DNA of 64,000 nucleotides from an uncultured Verrucomicrobiae bacterium (GTDB lineage Bacteria; Verrucomicrobiota; Verrucomicrobiia; Limisphaerales; UBA11358): NCBI GenBank assembly GCA_963797825.1, contig CAWCRR010000047.1, positions 108,060 to 172,059 of the forward strand, read 5' to 3'. Shown piece by piece: positions 37,824 to 45,476 of this stretch (position 1 is its first letter; each line of letters starts with the position of its first letter). The notes under the pieces were generated by a model. It saw only the letters and a program-made list of their open reading frames with translations, ran no database searches and was not told where the DNA came from. The position numbers and the translations under genes were made by a program.

Positions 37824-38252
37824 GTGGCAGACTCTCTGCCTTGGGAGCTTCGAATGACCCTTCGCGGGGGCAGCGTTTATTATTTTGCCGACCGCGCGCT
37901 GTTTTCGCCCGAACCTCATTATTTCATCGTCATCAACACGCGCCCGCTTGAACAACACTTACTGGCCCTGCTTGTCGTCACTTCGCAGGTCGAAAAAGTG
38001 AAACGATGGCGGTGCGGCCTGCCTGATACCTGCGTTGAGATTGGCCCTGCGGATTACCAGGAGCTGTCGGTGGCCTCAATCGTTGACTGCAACACTGTGT
38101 TTCGTCGCTCTCTTCGTGAATTGCTTGAAAAAATTACCGCTCGCCAGATCGGCTACAAAAATGATGTGCCGAATGTTGTTCTCGATAAATTGCGCGCCGC
38201 TACTCTCACCAGTCCGCTAGTTGAAGATGAAATTAAGAATTTGCTCCGCTAA
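37824..38252 (+). CDS. Uncharacterised partner of the Panacea-domain gene; toxin candidate. The likely start is the ATG at 37854, which has a GGGAG Shine-Dalgarno.
   Basis: ORF beginning 3 nt (GTG) or 33 nt (ATG) after the upstream stop. No family recognised. The block order GSVYYF..HYFIVIN..ALLVVTSQ..SIVDCNTVFRRS is only loosely MazF-like. Confidence 0.45.
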   Translation: MADSLPWELRMTLRGGSVYYFADRALFSPEPHYFIVINTRPLEQHLLALLVVTSQVEKVKRWRCGLPDTCVEIGPADYQELSVASIVDCNTVFRRSLRELLEKITARQIGYKNDVPNVVLDKLRAATLTSPLVEDEIKNLLR

Positions 38253-38377
38253 ATCTGCAATTTCTTTAATAAACCAAGAGGTCCGAGCTAATCATCCCGC
38301 ATAATCCTTGACACCGTTTTTTATCGTACTAATGTCGCGGCAGCAGGCAGCACCAATGTCGGAAGTGTCAGATTGCG

Positions 38378-39724
38378 ATGCCAAAGATAAAGATTATCGT
38401 CCGCCTTCCGGATAACCGCGACTACGCGGGCCGGCTTCATGTCGAAAACGCCGCAGGCAAACGGCTCGCCGGTCCCTTCCCCATCTGTGGCCGCGCCAAC
38501 GATCCTATGGCGCGCGATAGCAAGAATCCCACCCGCGACTCCATCCTTCCCTTTGGCGACACGCCGCTCGGCGGATACCAGGTGCAAAAAATTATCGGCA
38601 GCGGAGATCAGACCGCTTATTCCAGCGAGGAATTTGGCTCCTCTGGAATTATCCTCCTCCAGCCCGCCAGCGGGGAAGCTGCCCTCGCGGATGCCAATGG
38701 GCGTTTCGGCTTTTTTATCCAGGGCGGCGCCTTGTCCCGCAACGGACGCTTGCGTCCTGCCGACGGCTCGTTGCGGTTAAGCAACCGCGACCAGCGAAAG
38801 CTCGTCAGCATCCTGCGAAGCTGCGAGCCGATGGACTGCGAATGCGAAGTTATGGAGGGCGCCGCCAAAAGAGGCCGCCGGGTGGCGGATGTCCCTGCCG
38901 CCAGTGTTTTCGCGCAAGCCCGGGCCTTGCTCACCGGCTTGCTCGGAACGACCACTTTGGAACCGGCGCATCGCGCCCTGGTAAAAAAAATGGTCCTGGC
39001 CGGACGCGTCACCATCTCCATTCCCAGCCTCCTGATGATGACCTCCCAGCCCGCGTTAAGCCAGCAGACGTCGGTGGATAAAGAGACCCGCACCTTGCTG
39101 GCCAGCCGTGACACCACCTTTTCCTTTCCCATCATGCTCGCGCAGGCCGGCGCCCCTGCCACCGGCAATGATTACGGCGGCGGCCATTTGACGCCATTTG
39201 AAAATAATCAGCCGCAGAATCCTGATTTGACACCCCAACATAACCCGCAGGGTGGAACGGACACTCAGGCGATCGACCAGTTGAATAGCATTAATAACAA
39301 TGTCCCGAACGTTCAACAAAACCCGGGGTTGGGCTATGATACGGCAGGGAACCCGGTCACGGGCGGCGGCGGCGCCACTCCTCCACTCGGATTGTCCGGT
39401 ACTGCCCCGGATCAAACCCAATTCGTTCCGGACCCGCGCCTGAAAGATGACAGTGACGTGCAAAACCTGAACAAATACCAGGGCCAATTAAGCGACGATC
39501 AGGCAGCCGTTGCCAAAGCCCAGGCGGATTATGACAAGGCAAAGCAGGCCGATCCGAACGCCAACATGGCAGGTTTGCTCGACGCACAGGCCAAACTCAA
39601 AGGCACACAGAACATGGTCCAGTACGAACAGACCACCGTTAAACAGAAGATGGCCCAGCTTCCGCCGCTCCCGACCGGTCAGACCGCCGCGCCTTCGCCC
39701 ACGCCACCGTCCAATTCCAAATAA
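38378..39724 (+). CDS. YkuD (L,D-transpeptidase)-fold-like N-terminal domain with substituted catalytic residues, fused to a Q/N/P-rich and coiled-coil tail
   Basis: GDTPLGGYQV...ILLQPASG...NGRFGFFIQGG...LRPADGSLRLSNRDQRKLVSIL parallels the YkuD/Tlde1 pattern ..IHGG....S.GCIRlsN.D...L, with Gln (38720..38722) for His and Ser (38768..38770) for Cys. The C-terminal ~200 aa are low complexity. Confidence 0.5.
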   Translation: MPKIKIIVRLPDNRDYAGRLHVENAAGKRLAGPFPICGRANDPMARDSKNPTRDSILPFGDTPLGGYQVQKIIGSGDQTAYSSEEFGSSGIILLQPASGEAALADANGRFGFFIQGGALSRNGRLRPADGSLRLSNRDQRKLVSILRSCEPMDCECEVMEGAAKRGRRVADVPAASVFAQARALLTGLLGTTTLEPAHRALVKKMVLAGRVTISIPSLLMMTSQPALSQQTSVDKETRTLLASRDTTFSFPIMLAQAGAPATGNDYGGGHLTPFENNQPQNPDLTPQHNPQGGTDTQAIDQLNSINNNVPNVQQNPGLGYDTAGNPVTGGGGATPPLGLSGTAPDQTQFVPDPRLKDDSDVQNLNKYQGQLSDDQAAVAKAQADYDKAKQADPNANMAGLLDAQAKLKGTQNMVQYEQTTVKQKMAQLPPLPTGQTAAPSPTPPSNSK

Positions 39725-39793
39725 TTGGATTCGTTCTATGGCACACAAAAGCGCGAAAATGAAACTCCTTTAACCGGACCTGCTTGTTTAATT

Positions 39794-40531
39794 ATGCTCA
39801 AACTTGGCGTTAATATCGACCATGTGGCGACGCTCCGCGAGGCGCGCTATCGTGGCCGTGGCTTTGGCGAACCCGACCCCGTGGCGGCAGCGCGCCTTTG
39901 CCAGGCCGCGGGCGCCCATGGTATCACGGCGCATCTGCGTGAAGACCGGCGCCACCTCCAGGACCGGGACATCTGGAAATTGCGCGAAATCGTCAAACGG
40001 CTGAACCTCGAAATGGCCAACGTGCCGGAGATTATCGCCATCGCCCTGAAATTGAAGCCTGAAATTGTCTGCCTCGTCCCGGAACGGCGGCAGGAAGTGA
40101 CCACGGAAGGCGGGTTGGATGTGGTGGCGAATGAAAAATCCCTTGCCGACACGCGCAAAAAAATGAATGACGCGGGCATTGAAGTGAGCCTGTTTATCGC
40201 GCCGGATGAGAAACAGATCGCAGCGAGCGGGCGTGTCGGGAGCCAATTTATTGAACTGCATACGGGACAATTCGCGGAGCATTATAACGATGAAGCCGGG
40301 CGGCAGGCGGAATTGCAGCGGCTGGTTTCCGGCGCGAAACAGGCCCGCTCGCTCGGCCTGCGCCTCAACGCCGGACACGGGTTGAATTACGAAAACCTGC
40401 CGGCGATTTTTTCCGTGCCGCATCTCGAGGAGCTGAATATCGGCCACAGTATCGTCAGCCGCGCCGTCTTTGTCGGGATGGAGAACGCCGTCACGGAAAT
40501 GCTCGGCGTGATGCGGAGTTATGGGAAATGA
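39794..40531 (+). CDS. pdxJ: Pyridoxine 5'-phosphate synthase
   Basis: From the ATG at 39794: MLKLGVNIDHVATLREARY...GAHGITAHLREDRRHLQDRD...ELHTG...LNAGHGLNY...ELNIGHSI. Confidence 0.93.
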   Translation: MLKLGVNIDHVATLREARYRGRGFGEPDPVAAARLCQAAGAHGITAHLREDRRHLQDRDIWKLREIVKRLNLEMANVPEIIAIALKLKPEIVCLVPERRQEVTTEGGLDVVANEKSLADTRKKMNDAGIEVSLFIAPDEKQIAASGRVGSQFIELHTGQFAEHYNDEAGRQAELQRLVSGAKQARSLGLRLNAGHGLNYENLPAIFSVPHLEELNIGHSIVSRAVFVGMENAVTEMLGVMRSYGK

Positions 40532-40594
40532 AGAATGTCCTCGAATTAAATTGACGGCTTGCGCTTCATACACAAATCGTCAATTGTACCTTCA

Positions 40595-40972
40595 ATGATT
40601 CTCGGCATCGGCATTGATATCATCGAAGTCGCGCGAATCAGGGTATCGCTCGAAAGATTCGGTGAACGGTTTGGGCAACGCATCCTGTTGCCGGATGAAA
40701 TGGCCTATTGCCTTTCGCACAAGTTCCCCGCGCCATTTGTCGCCGCGCGATTCGCCGCCAAAGAGGCCATCTCCAAAGCGTTCGGCACCGGAATCGGCGC
40801 GCAACTGGGCTGGCGCGACATGGAGATCGCTCGTAAAGAAAGCGGGGAACCGTTCGTCATCCTGCACGGCAAAGGCGAGGAATTGTTTGCATCTCGGAAC
40901 GCAAAAAATCTGCACGTGACCATCAGCCATACGGATAACTACGCGGCGGTTACGGCAATTTTGGAGAATTGA
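40595..40972 (+). CDS. acpS: Holo-[acyl-carrier-protein] synthase
   Basis: From the ATG at 40595: MILGIGIDIIEVARI...FAAKEAISKAFGTGIG...WRDMEI...ISHTDNYAAV. Confidence 0.9.
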   Translation: MILGIGIDIIEVARIRVSLERFGERFGQRILLPDEMAYCLSHKFPAPFVAARFAAKEAISKAFGTGIGAQLGWRDMEIARKESGEPFVILHGKGEELFASRNAKNLHVTISHTDNYAAVTAILEN

Positions 40973-41014
40973 GAAGACCTTTTTAAAATCGCATAGGAGG
41001 CCGATCCGCATTGC

Positions 41015-41075
41015 CATCCTCCACCCTCCATCCTCCACCCTCCACCTCCATCTTCCACCTCCATCTTCCATCTTC
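41015..41075. repeat. Heptanucleotide tandem repeat (CAYCYTC)x9
   Basis: catcctc caccctc catcctc caccctc cacctc catcttc cacctc catcttc catcttc, between acpS and the first CNNM gene. Confidence 0.9.
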
Positions 41076-41107
41076 GCTTTTCGTCCGGTCCGTGCCACAA
41101 TCCGCGC

Positions 41108-42322
41108 ATGGCGGCAGCAATCGTGGCGATCCTGATTTTCGCTGGCGCGAGCTTCTTTTTCGCGCTGGCGGAAACGGCACTGGCGTCGCTCGCCAGATGG
41201 CAGGCCGCCCAGCTCGCCGAAAAGGAATCGTACCGCGGCAAAATCGTCTGCCGGTTGCTCGAGCAGCCGCAGGACCTCCTGGCCACGCTCGTCCTCGGCA
41301 ATACCGCCGCCAATGCCGCCATGCTCGCCATCGCCTTGCGCATGGTCTTCGATGCCGGTTGGCCGCTCGCATGGACCATCATTTCGCTCGCGGCGTTCGT
41401 CTTGCTCGGTTGCGAAGTCCTTCCCAAAACGCTCGCCGTCCGCAAACCCGAACGCTGGGCGTTGCGCGTCAGCCTGCCCCTGTTGGCCTTTCAAAAAATC
41501 TCGTCACCCTTGCATAACTTCGCCCGCTGGCTCAACTCATTGCTCCTCGGACGCATCGCCCAGCCTTCCGCCGCCCATGCCATGACCGAGCCCGAATACC
41601 AGGAGTTGATCGACATGGCCTATCGCCAGGGCACCCTCGCCGAATCCGAAAAGGAAATCATCCTCCAAATCATCAACCTCGACCAGCGGGCCGCCCGGGA
41701 CGTGATGCGCCCGCGCTCGACCATGGCCTGCATTTCCGACGACGCGACGGGCGAAGAGATGATCGCCGCCGCGAAAAAATTCAAGCATCGACGCCTGCCG
41801 ATCTTTGACGAAACCCCCGATACCATCGTGGGTGTCCTGAATACACGCGCCCTTTTGCTGGACCCACAGATCGACATGGCCGAGGTCATCGAGTTCCCCT
41901 CGTTCGTGCCGGAGACGATGAACTTGTTGCAACTATTCAAGAGCCTGCAACGGCAAAGGCGCGGACTGGCCATTGTGCTGGATGAATTCGGCGGTGTCGC
42001 GGGACTGGTCACCATGCAGGATATTCTTGGCGAATTGGTCGGCAAAATCCATGCCGCGCCCCAACCGGAGGGGTTCGTCATGGAAAAACTTTCGCCCGGT
42101 AGATGGCGGGTGAGCGGCTCGATGCGCATCGAGGATTTCCGGCGGGAATTTCCCGCCCTGGGCGAAGTCCCCGAGGTGGAAACCATGGGCGGCCTGCTCA
42201 CGCATTTGCGCGGCGTGGTGCCGGAGACCGGCGAGGCGGCGGCGTTTCGCCACTTGAAATTGACCGCCCAGGCCGTGGACGAGCGGCGCGTGCGCGAATT
42301 GATCGTGCAACAAATCAAATAG
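41108..42322 (+). CDS. CNNM/CorC/HlyC-family transporter (DUF21 plus CBS pair plus CorC_HlyC)
   Basis: 404 aa. DUF21 TM region, CBS-pair region (RDVMRPRSTM...), and the C-terminal CorC block ...WRVSGSMRIEDF.... Confidence 0.85.
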   Translation: MAAAIVAILIFAGASFFFALAETALASLARWQAAQLAEKESYRGKIVCRLLEQPQDLLATLVLGNTAANAAMLAIALRMVFDAGWPLAWTIISLAAFVLLGCEVLPKTLAVRKPERWALRVSLPLLAFQKISSPLHNFARWLNSLLLGRIAQPSAAHAMTEPEYQELIDMAYRQGTLAESEKEIILQIINLDQRAARDVMRPRSTMACISDDATGEEMIAAAKKFKHRRLPIFDETPDTIVGVLNTRALLLDPQIDMAEVIEFPSFVPETMNLLQLFKSLQRQRRGLAIVLDEFGGVAGLVTMQDILGELVGKIHAAPQPEGFVMEKLSPGRWRVSGSMRIEDFRREFPALGEVPEVETMGGLLTHLRGVVPETGEAAAFRHLKLTAQAVDERRVRELIVQQIK

Positions 42323-43312
42323 ATGGATACGAATTATTTCAACTGGCTCGCGCTGGGATTGGCGCTGTTGCTTTCGTTCCTGCTTTCGGGACTCGAGGCG
42401 GGCGTGTTCGCGCTCAATGTCTTGAGGGTGCGCCGCCTCGCGCGCACGGGCAAGTGGTCCGCCCAATTGCTTCTCCGTTTCCTCGAAAATCCCGAGAGAT
42501 TTCTTTGGACCATCCTGGTCGGCAATACGCTCGCGAATTTTTTGATCCTCGGTTTCGCCATCGCCAGGATCCACGATTGGTTCCAGGGCCATCGCCTCTT
42601 GATCCTCGCGGTCTTTGCCGTCATCGTCTTTCTCTTCTATACCTTTTTTGATCTCCTGCCCAAAATGTTGTTCAGCGCTTTCCCGAACCAGCTTTGCCTT
42701 GCCGTCGCCGGCCTCTTTCGTCCGGTTAATTTTATCCTGCGGCCGCTGGTTTCTCTCGTGGAAAAAACCTCCCAGGCCATTCTCGGCGTCACCGGCGGCA
42801 AAAATTTTACCGGCCGCCTCTTCGGCAGCCGCGAAGAAATGCGCGCCGTCATGCGCGAATCCGCCCCGGCCTTGACGAGTGAGGAACATGCCATGATTAA
42901 TCGCGTCCTCGACCTGCAAAATTTCACCGTCCGCCAAATCACCCTGCCGCTCGAGCAAATTGTCACCGTCCACACCCAGACGCCGCTCGGCGATGCGCTC
43001 GCGCTTGCCCGTGAAAAAAAATTCTCCCGCCTGCCGGTTTGGGAGATGCGCGATGGCAAAAAACGCATCGCCGGCCTCTTGATGCTCGGCCCATTATTGT
43101 TTCGCAGCAACCTCGATCTGCAGAAGCCGGTCGCGGCCTATCTGACCCCGGCGCTCTTTTTTGCCCAGGACACCCGGCTCGAGGCCGCCTTGCGCCGGAT
43201 GCAGCGCGCCGGTGAACGCCTGGCCGTCGTGCTCGCCCGCGACGGCACCGAGATCGGCGCCGTCAGCCTGGAAGACATCTTAAAAGTGATTTTCGGAGAA
43301 ATGAAATTGTGA
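42323..43312 (+). CDS. CNNM-family transporter paralog (DUF21 plus CBS pair, no CorC_HlyC domain)
   Basis: 329 aa. It starts directly after the stop of the previous gene. ...LSGLEAGVFALNVLRVR...MINRVLDLQNFTVRQIT... Confidence 0.8.
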   Translation: MDTNYFNWLALGLALLLSFLLSGLEAGVFALNVLRVRRLARTGKWSAQLLLRFLENPERFLWTILVGNTLANFLILGFAIARIHDWFQGHRLLILAVFAVIVFLFYTFFDLLPKMLFSAFPNQLCLAVAGLFRPVNFILRPLVSLVEKTSQAILGVTGGKNFTGRLFGSREEMRAVMRESAPALTSEEHAMINRVLDLQNFTVRQITLPLEQIVTVHTQTPLGDALALAREKKFSRLPVWEMRDGKKRIAGLLMLGPLLFRSNLDLQKPVAAYLTPALFFAQDTRLEAALRRMQRAGERLAVVLARDGTEIGAVSLEDILKVIFGEMKL

Positions 43313-44643
43313 ATTTGAACACCGCCAGCCTGGTCGTGCTGAAGATCCTCGCCTTGCTCGCGCTGGTGCTGATGAACGGCTTCTTTGTGGCCACCGAGTT
43401 CGCCCTGGTTCGCATCCGCGAAACGCAGTTGGACGCGCTGGCCGCGAGGAATGTCCGCCGGGCAAAACTCGCGCGCCATATCGTCCGCAACATCAATTCC
43501 TACCTGAGCGCCACGCAACTGGGCATCACCATGGTCAGCCTGGGTCTGGGCTATCTGGGCCAGCCCGTCTTTACCACCCTGCTCGATCCGTTGCTCGCCC
43601 ATCTGGGCCTGCAATCGGTCGTTTGGCAACATTCGATCTCGTTTGCGATCGGGTTCAGCGCCCTCACCTTTTTCCATATCACCGTCGGCGAGCTGGCGCC
43701 CAAACGGCTGACCATCCAGAAGCCCTTGCCCGTCGCGCTCTGGGTGGCCTATCCGTTGCAATGGTTTTATCTCGCCTTTTATCCCTTCAACAAGCTGTTG
43801 AATTACGCCGCCCGATTCCTGTTGAAAGGAATCGGGCTTGACCCGGACGCGGTGATGTCCAGCGCCCATTCCCAGGAGGAATTGCGCCTGATGCTGGGTG
43901 CGGCCCGCGAAACAGCGGGCGGACGCAACCTCCTCCTCAATGCCCTCGATTTGCGCGACCGCACCGTGCGCGAGGTGATGCGCCCGCGCGGCGAGATCGC
44001 CTCATTCAGTACCGACGATACCATCGCGGATTGCGTCGCTTTGGCGGAAAAAACACGGTACTCGCGCTTTCCCCTCTGTGAAAACGGCGACCTGGACAAG
44101 ACCCGCGGCGTCATCCACATCAAGGACTTGTACCTCCAGCGCGACCGGACAAAATCCGCGCTGGACCTCCTTTTTGCCGCGCGCAAGCTGATTTACGTCC
44201 CGGAAACCGCCCGGGTGGAAAAATTGCTGCAACTTTTCCTCGAACGAAAAACGCATTTCGCCATTGTGGTGGATGAATTCGGCGGAACGGTCGGCATCGT
44301 CACGCTGGAAAACGTGATCGAAACGCTGGTTGGCCAGATTCAGGACGAATTCGACACGGAAAAATCCGACGTGGTGCGCCTCGGCGAAAATATTTGGGAA
44401 ATCTCCGGGACGCTGCCGCTGCATGAACTGGAAAAGATCACCGGGGAGGTCGAGCACGATGAAACCATTGCCACGGCGAGCGGCTGGGTGACGCAGAAAC
44501 TTGGCGGTTTTCCCAAGGCCGGCGATGTGCTGACGGCGGGCCTGTGCGAATTACGCGTCGAGGGAATGGATGGCGCCCGCGTGGCACGGTTGAAGATCAC
44601 CAAGCGAGGTGAAAAGGGCGATGCGACGACCGTCAGGACGTGA
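43309..44643 (+). CDS. CNNM/CorC/HlyC-family transporter (DUF21 plus CBS pair plus CorC_HlyC)
   Basis: 444 aa. It overlaps the previous gene by 4 nt. ...LMNGFFVATEFALVRIRETQL...REVMRPRGEI...FAIVVDEFGGTVGIVTLENVIETLVG...WEISGTLPLHELE. Confidence 0.85.
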   Translation: MNLNTASLVVLKILALLALVLMNGFFVATEFALVRIRETQLDALAARNVRRAKLARHIVRNINSYLSATQLGITMVSLGLGYLGQPVFTTLLDPLLAHLGLQSVVWQHSISFAIGFSALTFFHITVGELAPKRLTIQKPLPVALWVAYPLQWFYLAFYPFNKLLNYAARFLLKGIGLDPDAVMSSAHSQEELRLMLGAARETAGGRNLLLNALDLRDRTVREVMRPRGEIASFSTDDTIADCVALAEKTRYSRFPLCENGDLDKTRGVIHIKDLYLQRDRTKSALDLLFAARKLIYVPETARVEKLLQLFLERKTHFAIVVDEFGGTVGIVTLENVIETLVGQIQDEFDTEKSDVVRLGENIWEISGTLPLHELEKITGEVEHDETIATASGWVTQKLGGFPKAGDVLTAGLCELRVEGMDGARVARLKITKRGEKGDATTVRT

Positions 44644-44651
44644 AATTTGAT

Positions 44652-45311
44652 TCAACGGGATTTGCGCCAGAAGCGCCTGGCGAAGAGCAAACCGCCCAAG
44701 GCAGACAAGCCCAATATGCCTGGTTCGGGAACTGGTGAAGATGAAAATTGGATGTCGTCAAAATACAGATTATAATATTGCGAATTAGCGGTAGGGGTAG
44801 TGAAGGTAAGTTGTGCCACGCTGCCGGCGAAAGCTGAAATATTACCAGCCAGTCGACCTCCGGAAATCTGGCTGAGGGGAATGTTTACTCCATCCAATGT
44901 GACCACTGCGGCACTCTCACCGTTGCCAACTAAAAAATTGATGGATTGTGTGCCAACGGGAACCATGCCCGTCTGGCTCAAAGTCGGCGGCCCACCCGCA
45001 ATTCCAAAATATTGCAACAAAACCGAGTATGAGCCTTCAAGTGGGTTGTAACCCACAAAATTTGGGAAATCCGGTCCCATCAAGTCAACCGCCGGGGCAC
45101 CCAGGCTCAAATCATTGTAGCTTACAACGGTGCCAGAACCACCGACAGTCCATCCCGGGAAACATTGCGTCGGATCAGCCGAAAAGGTCGAAACACCGGT
45201 TGGTGTTGGTGTTATTGTGGCGTCTTCAAAATCCATGTTTACGAAGCCCTGCGCCTGGGCATTCCGACAAAAGACAAGCAGCGCAATAAAGATTTTTATC
45301 CCAATTTTCAT
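44652..45311 (-). CDS. PEP-CTERM sorting-domain secreted protein
   Basis: From the ATG at 45311: signal peptide MKIGIKIFIALLVFCRNAQAQG. The C-terminus ...SSPVPEPGILGLSALGGLLFARRFWRKSR is a canonical PEP-CTERM anchor. Confidence 0.8.
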   Translation of the reverse strand: MKIGIKIFIALLVFCRNAQAQGFVNMDFEDATITPTPTGVSTFSADPTQCFPGWTVGGSGTVVSYNDLSLGAPAVDLMGPDFPNFVGYNPLEGSYSVLLQYFGIAGGPPTLSQTGMVPVGTQSINFLVGNGESAAVVTLDGVNIPLSQISGGRLAGNISAFAGSVAQLTFTTPTANSQYYNLYFDDIQFSSSPVPEPGILGLSALGGLLFARRFWRKSR

Positions 45312-45476
45312 ACTCTGACCTGAATCTATTCCGATCTTCCCCCTTCCCCGGAAATTGCCAAGCAATTTATCAGAACTTATTTTCACTTTTTCTGAAAGAT
45401 TTGCCGTCTGCTTACGTAACGGTTCAATGGCTCTCATTAACATCCGGCTTCAAACGAGTGTTAATGAGAACCAGGA

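Noticed and set aside
40592-42973. Long minus-strand ORFs 40592..41494 (300 aa) and 41933..42973 (346 aa), and 43138..43869 (243 aa)
   Set aside because: They are opposite acpS and the CNNM genes. They are rich in Arg/Gly/Glu/Asp, partly encoded by the heptamer repeat at 41015..41075, and lack any recognisable domain.
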